From a virus (Duplodnaviria > Heunggongvirae > Uroviricota > Caudoviricetes), in the IMG/VR virus record IMGVR_UViG_3300015615_000881: a DNA stretch of 64,000 nt; one strand, 5' to 3'. This document shows positions 17,602 to 26,432 of the stretch, piece by piece (the stretch's first letter is position 1; the number at the start of each line of letters is the position of its first letter). Below the pieces are notes generated by a model that saw nothing but the letters and a program-made list of their open reading frames with translations, had not been told where the DNA came from and did not search any database. A program made the position numbers and the translations under genes.

Positions 17602-18755
17602 GTGCGGTAGGCGACCCGCGCCACATTCACCCGGTGGGGTGCGGGGATGGTGAAGCCGATCACCTTGGTCATGCCGCGCTCGGCCCAGTTCTTACTCTTG
17701 AACACGTCCTCGAAGACGTCGTCGTGACTCGGCTTCGTGTAGATGGTTCCCACCGGCTTGGTCAACTGCGCGTAGAATTTCTTTGCCGGCAGCGTGTTGT
17801 CCGGGATGATGGTCCACCGCACACCCAGGTAATCGAACGACGTGTAGTTGTTCATCAACTGGTCGGCGGTCGAGTTGTTCGTGGAGCCCGTCGGAACAAT
17901 CTCGTCGGCCAGTTGGACTGCGTCCTGAGACGGAACCACGATCCGACCAGTCGGGCGCAGGGGTCCATCCGAGAAGCTGTTGGCCCACTGATCGCAGTAG
18001 CCAATCAAGGAGCGAAGCGCTTCCAGGCGGAATTTGCTTGAACCGTTGGAGTTCGGCGCCTGGATGTCGTTCGTGCTCGGCAGGTTGCTGGTGTCGATCC
18101 GCGTGTTGGGCACATAGACCCGGCTCACCTTGTTGCCGGTCAATGTGAAAGCGCCGAAGGCGCCGCCGCTACCAAGGGCGGCCGTCAGCAACGCAAACGC
18201 CAGCGCATCCACCTGGTTGGCCATGTCGAACGCGATATCGACATTGCGCTGGGCGGACGCCGCGATGTTGCCGTTGTAGATGTCGCGCAGGCGATACCCG
18301 AACTTTTCCGTGGCGAGCGTCTTGAGCGGAATCAGGGTCTCCGCCTGGGGGTTGACCGCCTTGATCAATACCGGCTCACCATCCTCACCCATGTAGCCGA
18401 CATTGATTTGCTGTTTCGTCTCGTTCTGGATCACCGGGCGGTCCGCATCACCCAGCTCCACAATCCGGAAGAACAGGCTCCCGAAATTGAGCGAAGGATA
18501 GATGAAGTTGTTGATCTGCTCACTGCGCAGGGCGTTCAGCGCCACCTTGGCTTCCTGATCGCCATCGTGCGCCCTCTTCATCAACGCGATCGCCTTGCCC
18601 GGGTCCCCTTCGGCACCCTTGATGGAGGCGAGACGGCTCTTGACGGACTCGTGCAGGTCAACCTCTTTGCCTTCGGCATCGATGCGGACGCCGTTGAGTG
18701 AGATGACATCCAACTTCTTTTCGATCTGTGTGAAATCGAGGTTTTTGACTTTCAT
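17598..18755 (-). CDS. putative major capsid protein
   Basis: It is 385 aa and sits immediately downstream of a scaffold-like coiled-coil gene and a small decoration-like gene. Its composition is typical of HK97-fold capsid proteins. The call rests mainly on synteny. Confidence 0.45.
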   Translation of the reverse strand: MKVKNLDFTQIEKKLDVISLNGVRIDAEGKEVDLHESVKSRLASIKGAEGDPGKAIALMKRAHDGDQEAKVALNALRSEQINNFIYPSLNFGSLFFRIVELGDADRPVIQNETKQQINVGYMGEDGEPVLIKAVNPQAETLIPLKTLATEKFGYRLRDIYNGNIAASAQRNVDIAFDMANQVDALAFALLTAALGSGGAFGAFTLTGNKVSRVYVPNTRIDTSNLPSTNDIQAPNSNGSSKFRLEALRSLIGYCDQWANSFSDGPLRPTGRIVVPSQDAVQLADEIVPTGSTNNSTADQLMNNYTSFDYLGVRWTIIPDNTLPAKKFYAQLTKPVGTIYTKPSHDDVFEDVFKSKNWAERGMTKVIGFTIPAPHRVNVARVAYRT

Positions 18756-18794
18756 GTTGCTTGGTCTCCAGTTCCAGGAATGGTTGGTTGTCGA

Positions 18795-19274
18795 TTAACG
18801 GATGATTTCCGCTCGGATCCGGACGTTGCCCACAGTTTCGGGGGTGAGTTGAGCCGACAGGCGGTAGAACACCTGGTCGCCACCCTGCGCGGCGCGCAGC
18901 TTGCCGTTGTTGAACGACAGGGCCGCTCCAACCGAACTGCCTCCGGTGATTGCGCCGGTACCGGAAGTCGTCAGCATTCCGCCGTTGTTCAGGTCCCCCT
19001 CGACCTCGATCTCGTCTGCCTTGCAGAGCGAGCATTCATCGCCGGCGGTGAAGGGCAGTTCCAGGCGACCGGGGAAGACGTGATCGGCGAGGACCGGGCC
19101 GCCCGCCACAACATCCCGGGTTACGAAACCGAGGAAGTTGGTGCCGCCGGCCAGGTCGGCCGAGGCGGGATCCGAAGCATGGGACCCGTACGCGATGCCA
19201 CGGGCTGCGGCATTGGCGATCTTGCGCGAGATGTGATCACCCCGGTAGGGACGACGAATTTCGAACTGAGACAT
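18795..19274 (-). CDS. putative head decoration/cement protein
   Basis: A 159-aa Gly/Ala-rich ORF between the scaffold and capsid genes. Confidence 0.3.
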   Translation of the reverse strand: MSQFEIRRPYRGDHISRKIANAAARGIAYGSHASDPASADLAGGTNFLGFVTRDVVAGGPVLADHVFPGRLELPFTAGDECSLCKADEIEVEGDLNNGGMLTTSGTGAITGGSSVGAALSFNNGKLRAAQGGDQVFYRLSAQLTPETVGNVRIRAEIIR

Positions 19275-19381
19275 ATTCTTTTTCCTCCTCGACCGGATTC
19301 ACCGCCAGTCGGGCGGCCATCGCTTACTTGGTAACCCGCGATGTGGGTCGCCCGGCACACCCGGGCAAAATTCAATTGTTG

Positions 19382-20158
19382 CTAGACGGCGCCAGCGTAG
19401 CCAATTCCTTCCGGCTTGCCGCCGCCCCCCGCAAACGGGTTGGCGCCGGACTTGCCGCGAAACTCTTCCACCAGCTTCAGGTCCCGCTGGTAGGCGTCTT
19501 CCGAAGCCCACAGAGAGGCGCCGATCGAGCCGTTGAGCGAGGTGATCCCCTTGGCCTTGAGCTCGGCCGCACGCCGGTCGGCGATGGCCTTGGCATCGTT
19601 GAATGCCTTCTCGTCACCGGCCAGCAGTTCGTCAGCCGGGGAAGGCAGGCCGCACTTGGCGAGGGCTTCGCGCCGGGTCCCGGCCAGGCGGAACTTTTCG
19701 GTCGCCGCAGTCTCTCCGGCGGTGCGCGCCGCCGTTACGTCCGCGGTCAGCTTTTCCTTGGTCACCAACTCGCCGGATTCGATCCGGCCCTCCAACTCAG
19801 CCAGCTTGTTGAGGGAAACCTTCTGGCCCTTGATCGCCTCCTGCAGCTCGCGATTGACTCCGAGCACCGCGTCCTGCGCGCCGCACAGCGACTCCACCAC
19901 GGAATTCAGGGAGGTATCCTCCTTCACGTCGGCGGGATCCGGAAGCTCCTTCACCGAAGCCTCGAGGGATTTCCGGGTGCCGTTCAATTTTTCCCGGGCA
20001 GCCTCCGGAAGTTGTTCGATGATCGCGTTGAGGCTGGTGACGGCGCCGGACAAAGCAGCGTGGCTGGCTTTGTAAATTTCGGGAGTGGTTTTCATGAGAT
20101 TGGTCGCTTGGCTTTGCTTTCTGATCGCCTCCTTGGCGATTCGAACGATGCGCATCAT
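19382..20158 (-). CDS. putative capsid scaffolding protein
   Basis: 258 aa, strongly alpha-helical and coiled-coil (Ala/Glu/Lys/Leu-rich), located upstream of the capsid gene, with a Gly-rich C-terminus. Confidence 0.4.
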   Translation of the reverse strand: MMRIVRIAKEAIRKQSQATNLMKTTPEIYKASHAALSGAVTSLNAIIEQLPEAAREKLNGTRKSLEASVKELPDPADVKEDTSLNSVVESLCGAQDAVLGVNRELQEAIKGQKVSLNKLAELEGRIESGELVTKEKLTADVTAARTAGETAATEKFRLAGTRREALAKCGLPSPADELLAGDEKAFNDAKAIADRRAAELKAKGITSLNGSIGASLWASEDAYQRDLKLVEEFRGKSGANPFAGGGGKPEGIGYAGAV

Positions 20159-21036
20159 GAACCATATCGCGAAAGTGAAGTCAACTCTTTTTTTGACAGA
20201 TTAGACAGATTCTGTAGAACGGCCTCGATTTGTTCGATCACAGCCGGGTTGATCTCTCCTTCCGCCTCCAGGCTGGCCAGCATCTGCTCGATGCGCGCCG
20301 TCGGTTCGGCGCCGCGCTCCACCATCGCAAATCCGTTGTAGTGATTGAACCCGTTGACGCCGCCCATGACATAGACCACGTCCCGGTTCTGCCACCGGCC
20401 GACATAACCGCCGTCGGCACGGCGTTGCGTCATGCGCCCCTTCTTGAAGTCCCGGGTCGCGAGTAGTTCGGAAGCCGCCGCGGAGAGCGGGATGTAATCC
20501 CAGCCCGGGCAGAGGTTTCCCGGAGTCGCCTGCACCGCGAATCCACTCGCATCGGTCTGGTATTTGATCTCCATCGAGACCGCGTACGGACGGCGGCCGG
20601 CCTGGTGTTTGCCGATGATGCGATCGGCGCCGTCGGCCATCTTGAACAGACTCGCCACCGCGCGAATGCCGGGCGCTTCGGCCACACTGGCCGGCACGCT
20701 CCAGCCGGTGATCGGCGCCTTGGGAAATTCGACAGCCACCACGCTGCCCAGGATCCGGTCCTTGTAAATCGTCTCCGGATCGTACACCCGCATCAGGTGC
20801 CCGTAGTTGACGACCTGGTGCAACAGGGTGTCGTAGGAGTTCGCGACCGTTTGCGGGTGAACGCAGTCGCCGTAAAAGGTGACGACGGGAAAGCTGTGAC
20901 TCAGCGAGCAATCCAGGTAGGCCTTGCTCTGGTCCGGCGTGAATTTCTGACCGCCGATGGTGATGGCCTGCTCGCAGATGGCGATGCTGGCCTCGCCAAT
21001 CAACAAGCCACCCGCGTCTGTTTTTGCGTCGCTCAT
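20155..21036 (-). CDS. hypothetical head morphogenesis protein (possible prohead protease or minor capsid protein)
   Basis: A 293-aa ORF coupled to the scaffold gene. It has no clear catalytic motif. Confidence 0.25.
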   Translation of the reverse strand: MSDAKTDAGGLLIGEASIAICEQAITIGGQKFTPDQSKAYLDCSLSHSFPVVTFYGDCVHPQTVANSYDTLLHQVVNYGHLMRVYDPETIYKDRILGSVVAVEFPKAPITGWSVPASVAEAPGIRAVASLFKMADGADRIIGKHQAGRRPYAVSMEIKYQTDASGFAVQATPGNLCPGWDYIPLSAAASELLATRDFKKGRMTQRRADGGYVGRWQNRDVVYVMGGVNGFNHYNGFAMVERGAEPTARIEQMLASLEAEGEINPAVIEQIEAVLQNLSNLSKKELTSLSRYGS

Positions 21037-21077
21037 CTCTACCTCCTGCCTGCCGTTACCATATCCGGACGATCAAT

Positions 21078-21395
21078 TCAAGAAAGGTCCGCAACAATGT
21101 TGATCGTATTGTAGCCTTCCGAGGGCACCGTGAGGACCTTGCCGTCGGCAAAGGTCACCTCCCATTCCTGACGGTGCTCGCCCTCGGTATCAACAATGTC
21201 GGCAACGGCCTGGATGGAAACCTTCCCGTCGGTGGGGGTCGGCGAGATCGTAGCCGGAAGCGACAGGCGCAGGGCGCCCTTCGACATCAGGAATTTTACC
21301 GTGGTGCCGGTGAGATCCAAGGCCGCGCCGGCATAGAGCAGGGTGTCCTCAATGAGTTGTTTGGTGTCGTTCCGTTTGATGGTGATGGTGCTCAT
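21078..21395 (-). CDS. hypothetical small protein
   Basis: The Arg-rich ORF-track N-terminus was discarded. The probable start is MSTITIKRND, directly after the stop of the repeat protein. Confidence 0.3.
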   Translation of the reverse strand: MSTITIKRNDTKQLIEDTLLYAGAALDLTGTTVKFLMSKGALRLSLPATISPTPTDGKVSIQAVADIVDTEGEHRQEWEVTFADGKVLTVPSEGYNTINIVADLS

Positions 21396-22510
21396 GGGTT
21401 CGTATGGATTGAGCCGGTTGACTTCGGGCAGTCCAGGTCCGAAGCCGACGGCAGGACAGACGGGCTTGAATTCGACCGGCTCGACCGAAACGATGATTGC
21501 GTCGGCGGCGCGGAAAGCGACGAGACGGCGACATCTCCCTTTCCGATCCTGGCGATCAGCGGAACGGCGGCGAAGGCATCGCAGGTTTCCGCAACGACCA
21601 GGACCTCCTCGATCGGGGCCAGATAGGTCCCGTTTCCAGAGACCGCGTCGGCGATCGTCAGCGACTCCGTGCAACTCACGGTCAGGAGTAGCAGAGCGCC
21701 GATGTTCTCCTGAATCACCAGAGTCTCCGTAACCTCACCCGCGGCGATCAGGGTGGCCGAGCATTCATCGACGACGGACAGGGTGTCACTGACACTCTCC
21801 CCCGCAGACACCAGTGCCGCACTTTGTTCATCAGTGGCGGCCAGGCTTTCGGACACGGCGCCGGCGGCAGTCAGCACCGCCGACGCCGAGTCGGTTACAT
21901 TCAGCGATTCAGCTACGGTTCCCGCCGCGGTCAGGACGGCACTCTGGCTGTCGGCAGCCGCCAGCGTTTCCGAGGTGGCACCCGTCCCGGTCAGGGTCAC
22001 CGTCTGGGCATCCGCGGCGGACAGGGTTTCCGCCAGGAGACCCGCGGCAAGGAACACCACGGACTGGCTCTCAGAAGACGATAGTGATTCCGTGCAGGTC
22101 CCCGCGGCGGTCAGGACGACACTCTGGCTGTCGGCAGCCGACAGGGTTTCCGTGATCGACGAATCGAAGGTGGCGACGACGGATTGTGACTCCGCCGCGG
22201 AAAGCGTTTCCGTCGCGGTGCCGGCCGCCGTCAGGACAAAGGACTGACTCTCGGTGGCCGTCAGGCTCTCGGTGGCCGTACCCGAAACGATGAGCACCAC
22301 CGATTGTGATTCGGAAACGGAGAGGGATTCCGGGACGGCGTCAACGAAGATGGCGGCACCCGACTGGGATTCCGACGCCGAAAGACTTTCGGAGAGTGTC
22401 CCAACAAACGTTGCCGCTACGGATTGACTCTCGGCGGCGGAGAGTGCTTCCGTAACGGATCCGGATTGAACACCGGTATCAACAGCCCCAAAGAAGAATC
22501 TGACAGGCAT
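21392..22510 (-). CDS. tandem-repeat fibrous protein (~15 x 20-aa repeats, consensus E(S/T)LSAA(E/D)SQSVVLTAAGTAT)
   Basis: The protein is almost entirely 20-residue repeats encoded by 60-bp DNA repeats. Confidence 0.55.
   Translation of the reverse strand: MPVRFFFGAVDTGVQSGSVTEALSAAESQSVAATFVGTLSESLSASESQSGAAIFVDAVPESLSVSESQSVVLIVSGTATESLTATESQSFVLTAAGTATETLSAAESQSVVATFDSSITETLSAADSQSVVLTAAGTCTESLSSSESQSVVFLAAGLLAETLSAADAQTVTLTGTGATSETLAAADSQSAVLTAAGTVAESLNVTDSASAVLTAAGAVSESLAATDEQSAALVSAGESVSDTLSVVDECSATLIAAGEVTETLVIQENIGALLLLTVSCTESLTIADAVSGNGTYLAPIEEVLVVAETCDAFAAVPLIARIGKGDVAVSSLSAPPTQSSFRSSRSNSSPSVLPSASDLDCPKSTGSIHTNP
21601..22500. repeat. ~15 imperfect 60-bp tandem repeats (in-frame, coding)
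   Basis: Successive 60-nt blocks begin nnAGnGnTTCCG... and align column by column from about 21600 to 22500. Confidence 0.8.
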
Positions 22511-22514
22511 TGCA

Positions 22515-22829
22515 TCACTGGGTCGTTGGAATGCTGAACACGAAATCGGCCCACTCTTTGGGGGCGGTCTGGTCGATACAGACGACCGTCACCACGTCGG
22601 CATTCATCTCGGTCGAACTGAGCGCGATCGTGACGAGAACGCTGCTCGCCGGCGAGTTGGTCGGAAGCGTCGTCAGGTTCGCCAGAGCACCGCCGTCCTT
22701 GCTGACTTTGAAATCGCCCGCGGCCAGGGTCGGGGTCGATTTGAAGTTGCCAGGGTTGGCGTAGTCTTCCAGCGAGATCTGTATCTGAAAGTCCTCGTTC
22801 TTGGTCGGTGGGTTGTAAGGGGCTGCCAT
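22515..22829 (-). CDS. hypothetical protein
   Basis: A 104-aa ORF between the BNR protein and the repeat protein, with a short intergenic gap to each. Confidence 0.3.
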   Translation of the reverse strand: MAAPYNPPTKNEDFQIQISLEDYANPGNFKSTPTLAAGDFKVSKDGGALANLTTLPTNSPASSVLVTIALSSTEMNADVVTVVCIDQTAPKEWADFVFSIPTTQ

Positions 22830-22832
22830 AAC

Positions 22833-24014
22833 TCAGAATCCCAGTATGCTTTGCGCCCGTGGCTGCAAGATGGGCGCGTTCACCATGATTTCATCAAGTG
22901 TGATGTCGTTGTGAAACGCCACCACAGGCGGGCCTGTGAACCTGGGTATCGTGCAGAGCCAGGTGATGTCACGGGAGACTGAAGTCAACAACGTCTCCGG
23001 ACTCCAGGTAGCGCCGCCATCGGTCGAACACTTGCAGTAGATGTTGACGAGAGTCAGCCAGTTCTCGCCGCCGCCACTCGCCCCGGCATAGAAAACCCAC
23101 CAGTAACCGGTGCCGGTGTCGAGACCGACGCCGCACAAGGCCTGGTCGTCCGTGCTGTTCAACACCACGTTGGCGCTCGACTCGGTGATCGCCGATTCCG
23201 TGATCGTCCAGAACCTGAGATCGGCGTTCGCGGTATCGATCGCCGACCAGGCGGCCAGCAGGATACGGTTGTTGGTTAGATCCACGGTGGCCGCGTAGTG
23301 GGGCCACGACGTCGCGGCCACCTGCTCCGTCATGGATGTGGCGATGCTCGTCTCCGCCCAGGTGTTCGCCGAATCATCGTAAATCTGCCGGCTGATTTCG
23401 TTGGCGGATATATCCCAGAATATGCCGATGATGTCCTGATTGTCGGCCGCAAAGCCCGGCACCAGAATCATCATGTCCTGCGTGGCAAGCGTCTCATTGA
23501 TCGTGCGCGCCGCGTCCCAGGCGCCGTTGGGAACGTTCGCATTCGGTAGCCGGAAAAACCCGCCCTCAGCGCCGGCGTCGATGCAGGTTCGGCAATAGAC
23601 GTTCCCACCCCGGGCGCGGGTGATCGAAAGAGAACCGCCGGCGGCAGTGCTCGTTCCGGCAAAGATGGTGGTTTGCGTCGAAAGCGCATCCGCGGATGCG
23701 GTGTTCACCGTCCGATAGAGCGTGTCGGATCCGCCGGATTCCGTATAGGCGCAGTGGATCAGATCGCCACTGATCCCGGACCAGCGGTCATACCAGATCG
23801 AGATGGCTACGATGGTGCCGGCAAAGACCACCGTGGGCGCCCCCCAGGTGAGGCCTTTATTCGTCGATTTTCGGAACGCAAGGTCGGATCCGGTATCGAC
23901 GTAGAAGAGATAGAGATCGCCGTTGTTGGCCTGGACAAGATAGGTCGTGCCGCCACCGCTGAATTGAAGGAGGCCGGCCGTCCGGGCGGCAAGGATGTCG
24001 GCACGATTGGGCAC
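22833..24014 (-). CDS. BNR/Asp-box repeat beta-propeller protein (sialidase/glycosidase-like)
   Basis: Asp-box motifs STNKGLTWGAP and STDGGATWSPE (S-x-D-x-G-x-T-W). Length 393 aa. It has no signal peptide. Confidence 0.55.
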   Translation of the reverse strand: MPNRADILAARTAGLLQFSGGGTTYLVQANNGDLYLFYVDTGSDLAFRKSTNKGLTWGAPTVVFAGTIVAISIWYDRWSGISGDLIHCAYTESGGSDTLYRTVNTASADALSTQTTIFAGTSTAAGGSLSITRARGGNVYCRTCIDAGAEGGFFRLPNANVPNGAWDAARTINETLATQDMMILVPGFAADNQDIIGIFWDISANEISRQIYDDSANTWAETSIATSMTEQVAATSWPHYAATVDLTNNRILLAAWSAIDTANADLRFWTITESAITESSANVVLNSTDDQALCGVGLDTGTGYWWVFYAGASGGGENWLTLVNIYCKCSTDGGATWSPETLLTSVSRDITWLCTIPRFTGPPVVAFHNDITLDEIMVNAPILQPRAQSILGF

Positions 24015-24015
24015 G

Positions 24016-24684
24016 TCACACGTTGAGTGTGTAGGTCACGTCGATCTTGTCGCCGTTCCCGACGGTCTTGCTCCCGTTGGAGAAATCACCCGCACTGAAC
24101 AGAATTCCGGTCGTATCGTCCTTGGTCGCGGAGCCGCCGTTGTTGATGAAGCAGCCTGCCACGGTTCCGCCCGAGGTGAACGTGAACTGTTGCACCGGAG
24201 CGGCGGAACTTCCGCCGGAGGCGGCATTGAAGGTGATGGACGGACGGTTGCCGGTATAGACCGGCGCGTTCGCCAGCCCCACCTCACTCCAACCGGAGTG
24301 CGAGGCCTGGGTGTCGCCGACGACGGCACTGCCCGTCCCCTTCAATCCCATGCGCACCGTCTGCGTGTAGGACGAGCCCTTCAGATACTTGTCGAGGAAA
24401 TCGTTCTTGCCGACGGTCGTGACCAGGTTGTCGATGTGGTCGCGCCACTTCTCCTTGCCATCGGGCCCGTAACAAACGGCTTCGAATCGGCCTTTCAGCC
24501 GGAGGGTGTCACCGATCAATCCGCCGCGAGTGACTACCGCGGCCTGGCTGTCCACAACCGAAAGTTTATCGTTCATTTTTGTTCTCCGTATGAATTTGAC
24601 TCTCATTTGAGCGGCTGGTTTTCGACCAGCAGCTCGAGATGGGCGATGTACTCCAGCGCTGCCTTCACCAGATCCGGGGCACAC
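24016..24684 (-). CDS. hypothetical protein (probable start at internal MNDKLSVVD, ~24576)
   Basis: An ORF adjacent to the BNR gene. Its C-terminal half is Gly/Ser/Thr-rich. Confidence 0.35.
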   Translation of the reverse strand: MCPGSGEGSAGVHRPSRAAGRKPAAQMRVKFIRRTKMNDKLSVVDSQAAVVTRGGLIGDTLRLKGRFEAVCYGPDGKEKWRDHIDNLVTTVGKNDFLDKYLKGSSYTQTVRMGLKGTGSAVVGDTQASHSGWSEVGLANAPVYTGNRPSITFNAASGGSSAAPVQQFTFTSGGTVAGCFINNGGSATKDDTTGILFSAGDFSNGSKTVGNGDKIDVTYTLNV

Positions 24685-24848
24685 TCTCGCGCCTTCGCGT
24701 AATCCGGGTGCGCCAGCAACCGACGACCGTAATCCAGGTGAATCTCACCAGCCACGATCGGCGGTCGATCCAACGGCCGGGGCGGAGGCGGAGTGCTGCT
24801 ACACCCCGTCAGGAGGAGGAAGGCGACGAGCGCGATCGATTTTTTCAT
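24603..24848 (-). CDS. small proline-rich outer-membrane lipoprotein, o-spanin (Rz1-like) candidate
   Basis: Lipoprotein signal MKKSIALVAFLLLTGC (lipobox LLTGC) followed by CSSTPPPPRPLDRPP. It is about 81 aa and lies immediately downstream of a TM plus coiled-coil gene. Confidence 0.4.
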   Translation of the reverse strand: MKKSIALVAFLLLTGCSSTPPPPRPLDRPPIVAGEIHLDYGRRLLAHPDYAKARECAPDLVKAALEYIAHLELLVENQPLK

Positions 24849-24980
24849 TGTACCTCTCCACCAGATTCTTTTTGGCCTCCGCCTGCTTCGCCGCATCCGA
24901 CCTGTCCCGACTGGCCCTGCGAAATCGAAGAGCCTCCGTCAGCGACTCAAACAGTTTCGCGATCGCCGCGCCGATGCCAC

Positions 24981-25229
24981 TCACTCGTATTTCTTTCGCG
25001 CCAAGGCCAGCAGGACACTCAAGGCCGCCTCGTTGGCTGCGACCTCCGCGCGTAGTTCCGCGAGATCCGCGCGGACCGCCGCCGCCTCAATCCGACTCGC
25101 GCGCTGGTCCTCGTTGTAGGACGACTGCGTGACGAACAGATGGTAAACCGCCACCAGTGTGGCAGTTGACACGCCACCAATCGCCGCCAGCTTCTTCCTG
25201 CCTGACAATTGTGTCGGCTGGCCGGACAT
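24981..25229 (-). CDS. i-spanin (Rz-like) candidate: N-terminal TM helix plus coiled coil
   Basis: A TM segment (AAIGGVSTATLVAVYHLFV) is followed by a coiled-coil (RADLAELRAEVAANEAALSVLLALARKKYE). The adjacent 61-aa coiled-coil ORF at 24799-24984 in another frame may be its continuation. Confidence 0.35.
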   Translation of the reverse strand: MSGQPTQLSGRKKLAAIGGVSTATLVAVYHLFVTQSSYNEDQRASRIEAAAVRADLAELRAEVAANEAALSVLLALARKKYE

Positions 25230-25232
25230 GGG

Positions 25233-25595
25233 TTATTGATGGCCGGTCAGCTTGATCGAGAACACGTAGTCGAGTCCCCAGGCGAACCAGCGGAAGATGA
25301 TGTTGCCTTCGATCAAGGCGAGAATCTCGTCGTCCCGGGTCGTCGGCGTGGTCTTCACAAACCCATGGAGCCAGGTCATTCCCGGCTTGAATACCGCACG
25401 GAAGCCGACGATGACCCCGAAGATCTGCGCCACGACACCAAACTTTCCCGTGAAAATGCCGATCAACTGGGTGATCCAGGCGGTGTCCACCGGGACGGGC
25501 GGTTGGGCCGGCGATTCCTGCGCAAAGGCGGACACCAGACCGGCGAAGATCGTCACGAGCAACGTGAAGACGACGAGGCGAACGAATGTTTTCAT
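25233..25595 (-). CDS. holin-like small membrane protein (2 TM)
   Basis: From the MKTFVRLVVFTLLVTIFAGLVSAFA start there are two hydrophobic helices in about 120 aa. It is located in the lysis-like cassette. Confidence 0.3.
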   Translation of the reverse strand: MKTFVRLVVFTLLVTIFAGLVSAFAQESPAQPPVPVDTAWITQLIGIFTGKFGVVAQIFGVIVGFRAVFKPGMTWLHGFVKTTPTTRDDEILALIEGNIIFRWFAWGLDYVFSIKLTGHQ

Positions 25596-25630
25596 GGCGT
25601 GGAGGAGAGTTGGAGTTGATTTGCTCAGGC

Positions 25631-26134
25631 TCAGTGGACCGGGGGCAGGCCCGTGTCCACCAACGCGGTATTGACCGACGCGCACATCGTCCTCGCCACG
25701 AAGATGGGCCACTTCTCCGGATCCAACTCCGCGTTGAACCGATCGGCGTAGAACCCTTGATAGAGCGCGATGATCCCGTCCTTGATGGCGAGCACGTCCT
25801 GATCGAGCCCGGATTGCAGCCCGGCCGTGGCGTTGTTGAGCGAGCCGATCAGGAAGTCGGGGGAGAACTTGCCCTCCGCCTCCATCTGGCAGAACACCGA
25901 GCCAACGGCCCGGTAATAGTTCCCGAGTTTGACCCGCGTTCCAGGGCTCTGGTTCGCCAGGACGGCACGCAGGCTGACGGTGACGAGCGTCTGGGCCGCG
26001 GCCGTCACCTTCTCGGTCCGGACCGGGTCAAACACTGGGTGGCCGGTGTTGGGATCGGTGGACCGGCAACCGTTCGAGAGCAGCAGGGTGGCGCCGAGGA
26101 CGATGGATGGAATGATTCGGAATAGTTTTTTCAT
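25631..26134 (-). CDS. lipoprotein of unknown function
   Basis: Lipoprotein signal MKKLFRIIPSIVLGATLLLSNGC (lipobox LSNGC). About 167 aa. Confidence 0.4.
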   Translation of the reverse strand: MKKLFRIIPSIVLGATLLLSNGCRSTDPNTGHPVFDPVRTEKVTAAAQTLVTVSLRAVLANQSPGTRVKLGNYYRAVGSVFCQMEAEGKFSPDFLIGSLNNATAGLQSGLDQDVLAIKDGIIALYQGFYADRFNAELDPEKWPIFVARTMCASVNTALVDTGLPPVH

Positions 26135-26135
26135 G

Positions 26136-26381
26136 TTAGACTCCAATGTTTTTGCTGGCCGGCTCCTTGGATGCACGCTGCGCCTGCCACCGTCTGACTG
26201 CCCGGGCGATCCACGAGAACAGTTTGATGCCCGTCAGGATGGCTGTGAACGTCCACGCCAGGGTTTGCACGAACAGATTCCAATTGGCCAGGGACAGACC
26301 GGTGCTTGAAGCCATCGCCGCCACAACGTATCGGTATCCTGGCATTTCAATGTCCCCCAGCCGGTTGAACCAGTCGCGCAT
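26136..26381 (-). CDS. small 2-TM membrane protein (holin/antiholin-like)
   Basis: The probable start is MRDWFNRL. The ORF-track N-terminus (MTWSTESTESTE) is a translated palindromic DNA element. Confidence 0.3.
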   Translation of the reverse strand: MRDWFNRLGDIEMPGYRYVVAAMASSTGLSLANWNLFVQTLAWTFTAILTGIKLFSWIARAVRRWQAQRASKEPASKNIGV

Positions 26382-26393
26382 TGCCTCACTTTC

Positions 26394-26428
26394 GGTTGAC
26401 TCTGTCGATTCTGTTGACCAAGTCAACG
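26394..26428. promoter_or_regulatory. composite copy of conserved element (GTTGACTCTGTCGATTCTGTTGAC-CAA-GTCAAC)
   Basis: It lies at the 3' boundary of the secreted-protein operon and contains a GTTGAC-CAA-GTCAAC palindrome. Confidence 0.45.
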
Positions 26429-26432
26429 TTTT

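Noticed and set aside
21753-22247. Plus-strand ORFs within the 60-bp repeat array
   Set aside because: They are generated by the periodic repeats. The minus-strand frame gives a coherent 20-aa repeat protein that is coupled to its neighbours.
24799-24984. 61-aa ORF as an independent gene
   Set aside because: It overlaps the lipoprotein gene start and continues the coiled coil of the upstream TM protein in another frame. It is more likely a frameshifted continuation of the i-spanin candidate than a separate gene.
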